Below are positions 25,385 through 38,761 of a stretch of DNA of 64,000 nt, piece by piece. The position numbers and the translations under genes were made by a program. Below the pieces are notes generated by a model. That model searched no databases. It was not told the DNA's origin and was given only the letters and a program-made list of their open reading frames with translations. This stretch comes from Octopus bimaculoides (Eukaryota), in the NCBI RefSeq assembly GCF_001194135.2, contig NC_068988.1, positions 44,939,605-45,003,604 of the forward strand, given 5' to 3'. The number at the start of each line of letters is the position of its first letter. Within the stretch, counting starts at the first letter, position 1.

Positions 25385-26345
25385 TGTAGTGAAACCACCT
25401 CTCTCACGGTTATATATTTACAAATGCGAGCGTAGCAGGGAACAACTCTTTCCCGCCTTGCTGTGTCATCACCTGACTGACTTTTATTTTCGCGGCATTT
25501 GCCTCCAGTCCGTTCGCGCCAGGACGCAAACCGACCAACCGTAACCACTAATAAGGTCACGTGAGAGAGTGTTTTTATGATGCTATCTGTACCTATAAAT
25601 AGCCTAAATTATCCGCGCCAGTTCGTCGCGGCTACAAATCCTCACAGATCTGGTCGTTGACCACACACGTAACACAGCCAGCCAGTTCCAGCGACGACAT
25701 CAACAGCATCGTTCAACTACGTACTACCAGCATCGTCGCCAACGTCAACATGATTTCTCCACGTACACAAGCAACCGCAGCTTCTCTTCTCAACCCTGTT
25801 GTGTGAATTGTTCACCACGAAATTAACAGCCAGAACTCAACCTGCGAAGAACATCTGTATCAAGAATCCGGCCCGGCATCGAAGCCTCAACTGCACGACA
25901 AGTGACTTAGCTCTGCCGCAACCATAACCTCTGATATACAGACCTACATATCTACTGTGTACCTTAACAGAACTGGTATCTTATTATCCTGTGTTGCAGA
26001 CTCTTTCTATGCTTTGTATCTCTTGCATTCACATACATATATTTGTATACATACTCTTCTGTTTATATGATGGCCTGTCTTATATTGTGTTTTATTATGT
26101 CGCATTCACACACACACAGACATACAGTTTAATGCCCCAATAAATCTTACTGTTATTCATCTTTATCGGTTGCGTTTCTATCTGTTTCCTTACTGGCACT
26201 CCTTCGCATTTCACATGCGAATTCTGTATGTTATTGTATTATTATAACTTATCATTATATTTTGTGTCGACCGTGTGACGCGTTAAAAGGAGCCTGTTTT
26301 CCATTCGTCACCATTTGTCATTTGGTACGCACGGTCGTTCTTACA
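25385..26345 (+). mobile_element. Solo LTR (about 960 bp)
   Basis: Starts TGTA and ends TACA, flanked by TATA on both sides. TATAAAT at 25594, AATAAA at 26139, CpG-rich relative to the flanks, no long ORF. Confidence 0.65.
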
Positions 26346-26547
26346 TATATATATATTTATATATATATATGAAGTGGGGTGAATATGTGCATATATAAAC
26401 ATGCATACATACATACATATAATCTGGTGCTCCAGCATGACCACAATCTGGTGACTGAAACTAGTAATAGATATAAAAAAACAAAGAGAGAGAGAGAGAG
26501 AGAGAGATGATCGTATGAGTCTTTTTTTTTTTTTTACATATGTCTCT

Positions 26548-26790
26548 CTTTCTGTACTTGCACGGGTTGAACGAAACCTCCCCGGCATATACAATCTCTT
26601 TACTCGTTGCTGTCCTTTGTCAACTTCGCGATAATCAGATTCTTGTGTTCAGTTTCCATCACTTCGTTCTTTGTGCGCCTTGGTCTTTCTCTTCAGTTTC
26701 CTTCTACTTTCACCGCCTGGCAATTTTTCATGCATGCGGCATCATCTATACGCATCATATGCCCATAGCAGCGCAATAGTTTGCTCTTAT
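26548..26790 (-). mobile_element. RTE-clade LINE 3' end
   Basis: Minus frame LLRCYGHMMRIDDAACMKNCQAVKVEGN*RERPRRTKNEVM, followed by the tail CGTTCAACCCGTGCAAGTACAGAAAG. Confidence 0.75.
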
Positions 26791-26793
26791 ACA

Positions 26794-27011
26794 AGGCGGC
26801 GAGCTGGCAGAAACGTTAGTACACCTGGTGAAAGGCTTAGCGGTATTTCGTCTGTGTTTATGTACTGAGTTCAAATTCGTCCGAGATCGACTTTGCCTTT
26901 CATCCTTTCGGGGCCGATAAATTAATTAACAGTTGCAAACTAAGGTCGATCTAATTAACTGGTCTCCGCCCCTATAATTTCGGGCCTAGTGTCTAGAGTA
27001 GAAAAGAATAT
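26794..27011 (+). mobile_element. SINE family B (apparently inserted into the RTE remnant)
   Basis: GGCGGCGAGCTGGCAGAAACGTTAG...GAGTTCAAATT...GCCTTTCATCCTTTCGGGG...GTAGAAAAGAATATT. Confidence 0.88.
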
Positions 27012-27729
27012 TTTCTCTCACACGTTTATATCTTATTCCCCTTGCACGCGTTATATTTTCATTTCATTTTACCATGCCTCTAATCTGTTGCAATATTTTT
27101 TCGGTCTCTTGGGGATACTACATCTCCCTTCCTGACGATTTCTGGCAATAGTTTCTAACTTTTCTTGGTTCCTTTATAAGTCCCGATTCGATCTTATTGG
27201 TTGTATCTGGAGAAATGCATGCGTGGATGAAATCCTGTATGTGGCTTCTGAGTTCTCAGGATAAACATATACGGTCCACGTTTCTCATCACCATTACCGA
27301 ACCAGCTACTAGGTTGTTTATCTATTTATTAGCTTCCTTTTTTTTTATTATTTTGCATTTGTTGATATAGCGAACTCTAGAGTCACATGTGCTTAATGGC
27401 CGATCTCTCATATAAATCGCATTTCTAGCCATAGTTCGGTATTTACAACAGATGGACTTTTGTTCAAGTATTTTTACTAGCAGTCTGTAGTTACCTTGAT
27501 GTTCTGGCGCATGAAATTTGCTATGCACTGAATATTTTCCATATTTCACTTTTCTAAGACTATCATCTTGCGGGGCTCTTTTGATGACAAAATTTGCTGT
27601 TGACAGATATAATATATTAGGATTGGTGACCTTGATATTAGTGTAATTACGAATGCTAGCAAGTCATGCTTGTACCATGATGACTCCTATTGGATAAGAA
27701 AGAAAGGAGACCTTTTATTCAACATCTCC

Positions 27730-27891
27730 AGGCGCAGCATGGCTGTGTGATAAGAAGCTTGCTTCCCAACCACATGGTTCCGTGTCCAGTCCTACTGCGT
27801 GGCACCTTGGACAAGTGTATTCTACTATAGCCTGAGAACGACCAAAGCCTTGTGAGTGGATTTGGTAGACGGGTACTGAAATAAGCTTGTC

Positions 27892-27928
<37 letters not shown>

Positions 27929-28128
27929 TATGTGTGTGTCTGTGTTTGTCCCCCACCATCGCTTGACAGCTAATGTTGGTGTGTTTACGTCCCAGTAATC
28001 TAGCAGTTCGGCAAAAGTGACTCGATAGAATAAGTACTAGGCTTACAAAGAATAAGTCTTGGGGTCGATTTGTCCGACTAAAGGCGTGCTTCAGCATGGC
28101 CGCAGTCAAATGACTGAAACAAGCAAAA
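27730..28128 (+). mobile_element. SINE family A, full length
   Basis: Head, body, internal (TA)n/(TG)n tract and tail all present. Confidence 0.92.
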
Positions 28129-29583
28129 GTGTTAAGAGTTAAAGGAGTTAAGATTGGCCAAAGATTACGATTTTAGCAGAATTTATTTATGCTGGATAGC
28201 CTTAAAAAGCGAGCATTCCCCATTATACTATTTACAGTAACAACTGTCTGGCAATTTTAATTGACATGAATGGCCACACTATCGATAAATTTAGAAAGAA
28301 CTTAATAGGAATATTGAAGAAGTTTGGTTTAAGCGTAACCATCACTATCCATCTGACTACGGTCAACTTCTTGCTTATCACTCTCGGCCTTCCCCAAAAA
28401 TTTAATAGCAAACATCAGTAGAAAAATCTGTATTTTATTCTTAGATTCAGGCTATCTTCAATAACGTCACAAACCATCACAACGTTTAGTTGAGAAGGGG
28501 GATTTAACGAGATGTTAATATCTAGTGAGGGTATTCCACTGCTCACAAAGAGTGTTAGGAAGAAAAATAGCCTTGTTTAAAATTCTATTCAATCTAGACG
28601 ACTTCACTAATATAGCCGGAAACTTCTTATCCTTATTTAGGTAAGATTTCCCAAATTCACACTTATATAATCTTTTCAATGTGCACAATAGAAAGGTGAG
28701 CTACATTTGCTAGACAATTGCATATCCAATATCACATGCTTACAACATTACTTCACAGCTTTTTTGCCAAGCACCTACATGCAACTGTTGACATCAAATT
28801 ACCTTCCCTCTAGGGGAGTCTGCTTCTCCAAGAGAGTTGTTTATAGAGACTCTCAACATGGCTGATGATTTTCAAAGATACAACACAGAATTTATAGCTT
28901 ATGATTTCAAGGGAATATTTTCCCAAAACAGACTCTTCTAATCCAGAGACTGGAAAAGTTATCCCATTCCGTTTTAATGAAAACTTAGTATAAGCTCAAC
29001 AATGCACCTCCCTTTTCTTCTGGAGTGTACAGCTGTCAATTTTGTCTCAGTGCAAAACTGTACATGCTTCAGCAGCCTGTTGTATCTCTTAAAAATATAA
29101 CTAGCAACCATTCTGTTGCCAGAGGAAGGTCTCCCACTAGCTCAACAATCCACTAATTTCTTTTACATGGGACTTGAGCCTAGCTGCTAATATCTCTCAT
29201 AAGTTTACTAATCCCAGCACCATGAGACATCTTTCCATTGTCAATCAGTTGTCAGTAACCAATCCTACTACTAATAAGTAGCATCCCTACCTTGCAACAC
29301 TCAGCAGTAAGTAGTAGCTACTATATCCCAACAGCTAATATCATTTGATAGTAACCAGTTACACAATGTGATTAAATCATCCAGTGATAATGGGTTTGTT
29401 GTCATCAGTTATGATACCCAGCCTTACCTTGAAACTGTGAAACTGTTGTTAATCAGAGCATCAGAATGTCATATATATGCTTCACGGACTGTACTAAGTG
29501 CTATTTATTTTCATTTGTACACATATCTATTTATACATACTGCAGTTGCATGGCTGAAATGTACAAAAGGAATTAAGGAAAAT

Positions 29584-29614
<31 letters not shown>

Positions 29615-30329
29615 CACACACATTCATATACACACACTCATACACACATAAGCACACACACACACAGAGGTATAGTTCATGTCTAATTAATTCTCCTAAA
29701 AATATTGGGCAATCTGAAACTACGCCAGGTGGCACTCGCCCTAGGTCCCACACAGGGAGATCAATCCCACAACCATGTTGTTACAAAAAGAACTTTACCT
29801 GAGATTAGGTTATTTTTCTATAATATTGCCCAATGTTTCTGTTGGAAAATTAATCATAACTGCATGATAGCCTTAAGGTTAATCCCCCATCATATACCCT
29901 ATCCAAGAGAACATTTAGTATTCATCTTCATAATACTGATGTTTTTTATTTGCATCAAAGAGAAACCAGAGATAACGATCAATAATCAAAATGTTTTAAT
30001 TAAAATTATTTGATTGAATCCTCTTAATCCCAAACCATAGATGTACAGTAACAAAGTGACTAAATAGTATGATTTGTGATACGAAAATCGTGATTTCAAT
30101 TTATAGTAGAAATGATTTGTTTTTGTTTTTTGTGCTTGTTTTGCCTTAGCTCAGTCCTGATTAGTCAAAAACATTTCAGTTAAGACCATTCCTGTTTTGT
30201 ATATATAGAACACTCCCTATCTCTCTTTGACTAGATAATCATGTGTCTCCTCAGTCACACTCTAACCTTTCATCATCTGGCACAAAATCACCTCTTGCAA
30301 ATCTGTCTCCCCCCTCTCAAAGGATCTTT

Positions 30330-30772
30330 GTCATGCAAGTTACTTGGTGACTCTGCCAGTGCTGGTACCACATAAAAGAAAATATAGTCCACACTGTAAA
30401 GTGGTTTGCATTTGGAGGGGCATCCAGCAGTAAAAATAATCCTTTCTACTATAGGCACAAGACCTGAAATTTGGGGGGAGGGGCCAGTTAAGTAGATTGA
30501 CCCTAGTATGCAACTGGTACTTAATTTATCAGCCCTGAAAGGATGAAAGGCAAAGTTGACCTTGGTAGAATTTGAACTCAGAATGTAAAGCCAGACAAAA
30601 AGCCACTAAGTATTTCCCCCAATGTATTAACAATTCTGCTAGCTTGCCGCCTTCAGCTGTAAAAATAATGCCAAAACAGACACTTAAGCCTGGTGCAGTG
30701 TTCTGCCTAGCCAGCTCCTATCAAACCGTCCAACCCATGCCAGCATGGAAAGCAGACGTTAAATGATGATTG
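30330..30772 (+). mobile_element. SINE-like family C (RTE-type tail ending (GAT)n), split by a family B insertion
   Basis: GGGCATCCAGC...[insert]...CCGTCCAACCCATGCCAGCATGGAAAGCAGACGTTAAATGATGAT. Confidence 0.8.
30441..30653 (-). mobile_element. SINE family B, nested, with a 16-bp target-site duplication
   Basis: Flanks CAGCAGTAAAAATAAT (30425-30440) and CAGCTGTAAAAATAAT (30654-30669). Confidence 0.85.
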
Positions 30773-31235
30773 ATTGATTAATGCATCCTTTTTTTTAATA
30801 TGATATGCTGTGACTTGAGGGAGATTTGGTTGCTATTTCTAGCAAGAAAAATTACCACCCAAGGTCTTTAGAAATAATCAGCTGACAAAATAATTTACTG
30901 AAAACGTTTTGATTATAGATACAAACTGTTAAATAATGTTAAATAAAACAGAATGAATTAAATGTTTAAAAGAGAAAAGAGCTGAAAGTAGCAATAAATT
31001 AGGATTATGACTACAATGCTCTTGCATTAGTGTTAGACTATGCATCTACAACACACAACAGCAGAGATACCAAGACATATTGCATTCAGATTTGTAAGCC
31101 ATAACAAAGGCAGTAGAACGTTTCCTATGAAATACTGAAACATTGGACTAATGTTAAGACAGAGAAATCTATGTTTTCTGACCTTACAATTTCATTCACT
31201 CAAACAAATCATTTTATTACAATTTATAGAATCAC

Positions 31236-31301
31236 CTTTGTAACTCTAAAACACTTTTGCAAACATTTGGCAAGACCTCTTGAAAATCAGCTATTGTCAT
31301 C
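31236..31301 (-). CDS. Candidate internal exon (MTIADFQEVLPNVCKSVLELQ); product unknown
   Basis: Acceptor TTTATATACAG, donor AAG|GTGATT, 66 nt, one open frame. Lies opposite to the other candidates and could be chance. Confidence 0.25.
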
Positions 31302-31678
31302 CTGTATATAAATTTTTCCTTTTCTGTTTTACTGTATAGGCATTATGTTTTTTTTTCTTTCTCCATTGAGTTGCTATTATTATTATTATTATTATTATTA
31401 ATATTAATATTATTATTATTATTATTATTATTGTTATTGCTATTGCTGTTGTTGTTCTTTTAGGTGATGTTATCATCATTTATCATATAATACATTTGGA
31501 CATAATCATTTCTAACATGTATTTTGTCTGCAATGCTTTCCGATATTTATTTCAACAGCTGTCAAAGTGAACCAATACAGACAGATAATCAATGGCAGGA
31601 TGAATGATATATATANNNNNNNNNNNNNNNNNNNNNNNNNNNNNNNNNNNNNNNNNNNNNNNNNNNNNNNNNNNNNNN

Positions 31679-31714
<36 letters not shown>

Positions 31715-31770
31715 GTATATACATACATATATATAGAAACATACATAGATATATACATACATATAAATAC

Positions 31771-31810
<40 letters not shown>

Positions 31811-31997
31811 GTACATATCTATCTATATATATGTATGTATACATACATATATGTATAATATATATATGTATACTTATATATATATATACATATATATATA
31901 TACATACATATAAGTATATATCTATATCTATCTATATACATATATACCTAAATATATATAATATATATATATCTACCTATTTATCTATCTATCTACA

Positions 31998-32079
<82 letters not shown>

Positions 32080-34234
32080 CATATATGTATATATGTATAA
32101 AACAATGTATATATACATATATACAGATATATATTATATATTATATATCAATATATATTATATGTGTGTGTGTATGTATTTATATATATGAACAAAAAGT
32201 GTGTTTGGGTGAATGACAGGGGGAACAAAATGAGAGAGAGAGAGAGAGATTGTAAGAGGAGAAAAGGAAGAGAGAGGAAGAAAGTGGAAGAGAGAGAGAA
32301 GGGGGTTGGCAGTTAAATACAGATTAGGTGAGGTTTTCCATCATCATGAAGTAAAAAAAATATATAACACAAAACCAAAAAATAAGAGTATATGAAAACA
32401 ACAAAAACTAAACAATAAACAAAATGTAATACAAGCTCAACAACAAACAACAATAACAACAAGGAGCCAAAAATCTTATAACAAAATAAATAACAAGAAT
32501 ATATTTGTAAAGACCTTCTTCTCCTCCAACATCTACGTCTCCTTCTCTTTCAATGGGGATTGGAAACTAATACGTATTACACAAAATTATACATTCAGGT
32601 GTTTTAAAAGTCTAAAAGCAACAATTTTCATGTACATGTATATGTATGTATGTATGTATGTATGCATGTATGTACGTATGTATGTGCGTATGTCTGGGTA
32701 TATGTATGCATTTGTGTATGTATGCATGCATGCTTGTATGTATGTATATATGTATATGTACGTATGTATATATGTATGTATGCATTTGTGTGTGTATGTA
32801 GGTATGTATGCATGTGTATATGTATATGTATGTAGGTATGTATGCATTTGTGTGTGTATGTAGGTACGTATGCAAGTATGTATGCATGTATATATGTATG
32901 TACGTGTATATGTATGTACATAGGTGTGTGTGAATGTATATGCTAATGCATGTATGTATTAAGCATGTATGTTCATGTGCTAATGTATGTGTTAATGNNN
33001 NNNNNNNNNNNNNNNNNNNNNNNNNNNNNNNNNNNNNNNNNNNNNNNNNNNNNNNNNNNNNNNNNNNNNNNNNNNNNNNNNNNNNNNNNNNNNNNNNNNN
33101 NNNNNNNNNNNNNNNNNNNNNNNNNNNNNNNNNNNNNNNNNNNNNNNNNNNNNNNNNNNNNNNNNNNNNNNNNNNNNNNNNNNNNNNNNNNNNNNNNNNN
33201 NNNNNNNNNNNNNNNNNNNNNNNNNNNNNNNNNNNNNNNNNNNNNNNNNNNNNNNNNNNNNNNNNNNNNNNNNNNNNNNNNNNNNNNNNNNNNNNNNNNN
33301 NNNNNNNNNNNNNNNNNNNNNNNNNNNNNNNNNNNNNNNNNNNNNNNNNNNNNNNNNNNNNNNNNNNNNNNNNNNNNNNNNNNNNNNNNNNNNNNNNNNN
33401 NNNNNNNNNNNNNNNNNNNNNNNNNNNNNNNNNNNNNNNNNNNNNNNNNNNNNNNNNNNNNNNNNNNNNNNNNNNNNNNNNNNNNNNNNNNNNNNNNNNN
33501 NNNNNNNNNNNNNNNNNNNNNNNNNNNNNNNNNNNNNNNNNNNNNNNNNNNNNNNNNNNNNNNNNNNNNNNNNNNNNNNNNNNNNNNNNNNNNNNNNNNN
33601 NNNNNNNNNNNNNNNNNNNNNNNNNNNNNNNNNNNNNNNNNNNNNNNNNNNNNNNNNNNNNNNNNNNNNNNNNNNNNNNNNNNNNNNNNNNNNNNNNNNN
33701 NNNNNNNNNNNNNNNNNNNNNNNNNNNNNNNNNNNNNNNNNNNNNNNNNNNNNNNNNNNNNNNNNNNNNNNNNNNNNNNNNNNNNNNNNNNNNNNNNNNN
33801 NNNNNNNNNNNNNNNNNNNNNNNNNNNNGTATATCTAATAATAGTAATAGTAGTATTATTAATTCTAGTAGTAGTAGTAGTAGTAGTAGTAGTAGCATTC
33901 GTTGCTGTTGCTGTTGCTGTTGTTGTTATTGTTGTTATTGCTGTTGTTGTTGTTGATGTTAATGTTGTCCTTCCTTTTCAATTTGGCAGCTATTTGTTTG
34001 AATTCAAATGTACGGATTGGAAAATTAATTCTCCGGCAACAACAAAAGCCTCTGTCGTAATGTTGTCAGTGTAGTCGTTGACAATGGAAGATAGAAGAGG
34101 AAACACTTGTTAACATTTGAATAAATACATTTTTTACAGTTATTTATTTCATTTCATTGCATTTGATTTTGCTTTTTCTTTTGTCTATGTATCTGTATCT
34201 CTGTGTATGTGTGCCTTTTTATTATTCAGTTTTC

Positions 34235-34273
<39 letters not shown>

Positions 34274-34514
34274 CATTACAAATACGCCTGCTATTTTGCT
34301 ATCGTTGTTGTTGTTATTGTTGTTGTAGTAAGTAGCAACAAATGTCATGGAGTAGGTGCTAAACTGTGACCTGGCACTTCGAAGCAATGCAGGTATCTGC
34401 AATGTATTCATGTAAAAATTATTCGCTGTTGATTGGCCCTGATTAGAAGTATCTATACCACGCAGGGATTAAGTTGATCGACTGGAGTTCAATCCATGAT
34501 CGATCTTATGATCT

Positions 34515-34745
34515 ATGCATGGCTCAGTGGTTAGAGCTTCAGGCTCACAATCATGAGGTAGTGAGTTCAATTCCCAGGCTGGGCTGTGTGTTGTGTTCTT
34601 GAGCAAGACACTTTATTTCACATTGCTCCAGTTCGCTCAGCTGTAGAAATAAGTTGTGACATCACTGGTGCCAAGCTGCATCAGCTCCTTTGCCTTTACC
34701 TTGTATGACATCAGTGGGATGGAGAGGGGAGGCTGGTATGCATNN
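34515..34745 (+). mobile_element. tRNA-derived SINE family D
   Basis: A box TGGCTCAGTGG, B box GAGTTCAATTCC, then TTGAGCAAGACACTTTATTTCAC...CTCAGCTGTAGAAAT. Confidence 0.85.
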
Positions 34746-35589
34746 NNNNNNNNNNNNNNNNNNNNNNNNNNNNNNNNNNNNNNNNNNNNNNNNNNNNNNN
34801 NNNNNNNNNNNNNNNNNNNNNNNNNNNNNNNNNNNNNNNNNNNNNNNNNNNNNNNNNNNNNNNNNNNNNNNNNNNNNNNNNNNNNNNNNNNNNNNNNNNN
34901 NNNNNNNNNNNNNNNNNNNNNNNNNNNNNNNNNNNNNNNNNNNNNNNNNNNNNNNNNNNNNNNNNNNNNNNNNNNNNNNNNNNNNNNNNNNNNNNATATA
35001 TATATATATATATATATATAGCAATGTAACTACACATGTGCTATTGGCAATCTCTTTTTCTTCTTTGAACTTTACCCTTCCTCCTTTCTTGTAAATGACT
35101 ATGCTCAAAATGTCAAAAACTCTGTTGTTACTGAGCATCAAACTGATACATTCCTTGTGTACATCCTCTTGTTGTCTGTTATTGTTAATTTTATTTTTTG
35201 TTTATTTGAATTGACCATATATATATATATATATATATACAGGTATATATATTCTATATGAAATATAAAGAATGACAGGAGGTAGAAGATGAAAAACTTT
35301 ATTTCACCAATTGACATCCATACAATGACAATTGTTTCACACTGTTTATGATATAATGATAATTTATTTTATTGTATGATAAATAAAATTTTAAAATAAT
35401 AAATAATAAATCCTTTTGGATTTACTGGATTCATACTGCATCGGACTATACATTACATCCCTTTATCTTATTTTGGTTTACAATATTGTTTGTAGCCTGA
35501 TCTGTTAAGGAGCTTTCTTTATGACTATCGCTGGATTAGTTAAATCCATATATTGTCCATTAAATGTATCTCGTGAAGTCAATGACAAA

Positions 35590-35862
35590 TGAACAAGATC
35601 TTCAGCAATATGCTGTGCTTGAGTAGAGGACTCCTTAAGCCAAGAGAAATCATAGTTGTGGCAGATATTGGTGTCATGCTACTGGTACCCATGCCAGTGG
35701 CATGGAAAATCATCCATTACACTCTTAGAGTGGTTGGTGCTAGGAAAGTCATCCAGCTGTAGAAACCATGCTAAATCAGATTGGGGTATAGTGCATCCCA
35801 CCAGCTTACTAGCCCTGGTCAAACTGGCATGGAAAACGGATGTTAAATGATGATGATGATGA
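35590..35862 (+). mobile_element. SINE-like family C
   Basis: ACACTCTTAGAGTGGTTGGTGCTAGGAAAGTCATCCAGCTGTAGAAACC...GCATGGAAAACGGATGTTAAA(TGA)n. Confidence 0.8.
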
Positions 35863-35974
35863 TTATACCATTCCTTGGCTGAGTTATTTGAGCTACATTA
35901 TCTATGATCTACCACACTCTGACATGACCTGGTTTGTTATGGTGTGGATGCTGGTCTCACTCAAGTCCACTTAA

Positions 35975-36160
35975 AAAGCACTGGTGATGGTGCCATGTAA
36001 AAAACTCCCAGTACACACTGTAGTATGGTTGGCATTAGGAAGGGCATCCAGCCGTAGAAACCAAGCCAAAACAGAGTATAGAACCTGGTGTGGGTCCTTA
36101 GTCTTGCCAGCTCCTCTCTAGATGCCCAACCAATACCAGCATGGAAAATTGACGTTAGAT
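35975..36160 (+). mobile_element. SINE-like family C
   Basis: GGTTGGCATTAGGAAGGGCATCCAGCCGTAGAAACC...CAGCATGGAAAATTGACGTTAGATG. Confidence 0.8.
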
Positions 36161-36164
36161 GTTG

Positions 36165-36370
36165 GTTTCAAATTTTGGTACAAGGTCAGCATTTTTGGGA
36201 GAGGGGTAAGTTGAATATATCCAGTGCTTAACTCGTACTTATTTAATTAATCCTGAAAGGATGAAAGACAAAGTCAACCTTGGCAGAATTTGAACTCAGA
36301 ATGTAAAAATGGTTGAAATGCTGCTAAGCATTTTGCTCAGTGACCTAAGGGTTCTGCCAGCTGGCCTCCT
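36165..36370 (-). mobile_element. SINE family B
   Basis: Reverse-complement match (GAAAGGATGAAAGACAAAGTCAACCTTGGCAGAATTTGAACTCAGAATG). Confidence 0.82.
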
Positions 36371-38364
36371 CAATAGTAAAGGTATATTGCATATCTTTGT
36401 CTGTTGTTGTTGTTTAGCCCTTATCCAATCCTCAGTGAGTAGATAAAAACATTCAATCCATGACGATCCCACCTTTAATGCATACTCTGTTATGATTACT
36501 ACATTATCCAATGGGGTCTTCACTTTTGGAGATGGTAGACTGTGATCAAATCAAACTTTGGCTGTTCATTTTAGCAGTTACAATGACTGCATAGAACTCT
36601 CTTGTTGCCATCTAGTTATTACATCTAGTCTGGCTACCTGGTATCCTTACTTTGCTCATATTGGCCACAATTGCTGACTTACTAAAGCTCATTAACTACA
36701 CCAGTCTCACTCATGTTGGAGGACCTGTAAAGGCCATAGGTACTACCCCTTCCTTCAGACCAGCAAGAGTAAAAACAAAACTTATCTATTGTTGTTTGAG
36801 GTTGAACAAAAGAATATTTAATATTGCCACATGTGTTTATAGTGTAGCTGTTTGCATGGTACTCTTGTTTTCCTAATTGTTGAAGACCCAGTCATATGTT
36901 TGGAATACATATAACTCTTCTGGACTTCACTACAAGCAATTTTGTGGTCCTTTGATTTACTAATGTTGATTATAGTGAATGTGAGTGTGATAGCAAAAGC
37001 TTGTTAATCTAAACAAGTCTGTCTAGACAGGCTTTTAAACATCAAAACACTTCAAGAAAGGAATAATTATGGCTTTTAGTTACCAATGTGTTCAGTCTAT
37101 CTTATAGCTTATGTTTCTAACATATATTCTGTATGGAACTTCTTCATTCTTCATTCACTATTTATTGGTTTCTTTGTCAACAACTACAATATCAGGTCTT
37201 TTCATATTCTATGACCTCATTCTGTTTGATTATGAATTTTTCCATAGTATTTATATTTATTTATTATTCAGACCAGTTCAAATATATGCATGTGTCATTC
37301 TGTAGAGAGATTGAAATATCATACTTTTGGCATATACACCTAATGGATATTGGAGAATATTTTGCAAAAGAGACATAGAGAAACAGAAACAGAAGTAGAG
37401 AAAGAATGAGAGTGAAAGAAAGGGAGGCAGAAGGAGTGAGGGGGTGAGAGAGAGAGGGACAAAGAAAGAGACAGAGAAAGAGAGACATGATGCATGAGTA
37501 CTTCAAAGCTTGATGTTGTTTATGTAGCTGTTTATCTATCAACCTCAATTTCTGTGCTGGTCTATCTGTCCATTTATCAGGCTATCTATCTGTCTGTCTG
37601 TCTGACTGTCTGTCTGCTAGTCTGTCATTCTAGCTATTTATCCACCATACTGTCTGCTACTGCTTATCTATATGTTTGCTAGACTTCATTAAATTCTTCA
37701 TCTCTCTCTCTCTCTCTCTCTCTGTTTGACTTACTGTTTGCTTATCAGTCTGTAAGTCATTGAATTTCACACTCAATGTCTATGATAGTCAATTTTGCAG
37801 TCTATATTCTATTTAATCCAGCTATTTGTCTTTGTCTGACTCTGTCCAGCTTTCTAAATCTCTTGTTCTGTCTGCTCTCCGCATGCAAGCAATATGCAAC
37901 ACATCACCACCACCACCACCATTATTACCATCATCCTTGTGAAGCATTTTAAATTCTACCTATAAGAACGAGGATAATTCAGGCAGATAGTGCTAGTAAG
38001 ATTTAAAATATCTCATTTTCCTCCTCCATTTTAATATCCTTCAGCCAGAGGGAGGGAGGAAAAGAAAAAACATTTAAAGTTTCTTGTGGTTGATTGAAAT
38101 AAAACACTTGAAATAGGCTGCCAATCTCTTTTCAAACTGTTACCTCATTTCCACTATATGTTTTCTTATTCTTTTTGAATGAGATGAATGTGTGTGGTGC
38201 CTAGGCCTTCTTTCAGAAATATGAACATATCACCATGTTTGATTTTGACATGAAATTAAAATAACTGAAGTTTGTTTTGAAATAAAATTTCCTCTTCATG
38301 TCTAAACTGAATAAATATTCCATTTTCATTGTTTTAAAGTTTCTAAATTGCTTTTGGTTTTTAG

Positions 38365-38432
38365 GCCTACAGCAAGATTCGAACCCAAAATTAAAACATT
38401 GGGATAATATGGAAATGAAAGAAGTAAAAAAG
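38365..38432 (+). CDS. Candidate internal exon ((G)LQQDSNPKLKHWDNMEMKEVKK); product unknown
   Basis: Acceptor CTTTTGGTTTTTAG, donor AAG|GTAATA, 68 nt, open in phase 1. Confidence 0.35.
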
Positions 38433-38719
38433 GTAATAAAAAAACAAACAAACAAGAACAAAATCAACTGAAAAAATATTTTCTGTAAAAATACATCCTG
38501 AAAGCATAATAGAAATTTAATTATTGAAGATCATAATCTATAACAAAAACAAATGGTTTCTTTAAATGAATACACACACACACATACATTATATATAAAT
38601 TTATATAGAGTGCAGAAAAATATATATAAATTTGTAAAGTGAATAGGGCAAGTATATGTACGTAGTGTGTGCATGTGTGGTTCAGTATGTATTCACACAC
38701 ACATACACGTGTATATATA

Positions 38720-38761
<42 letters not shown>

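Noticed and set aside
28150-29370. Possible minus-strand Penelope RT remnant (FDV, PFMSIKI, GYP words)
   Set aside because: The motifs are short, lie in different frames and are separated by many stops; cannot be supported by eye.
34515-34590. tRNA gene
   Set aside because: A and B boxes are present but there is no acceptor stem or cloverleaf, and the sequence continues into a repeated SINE body.
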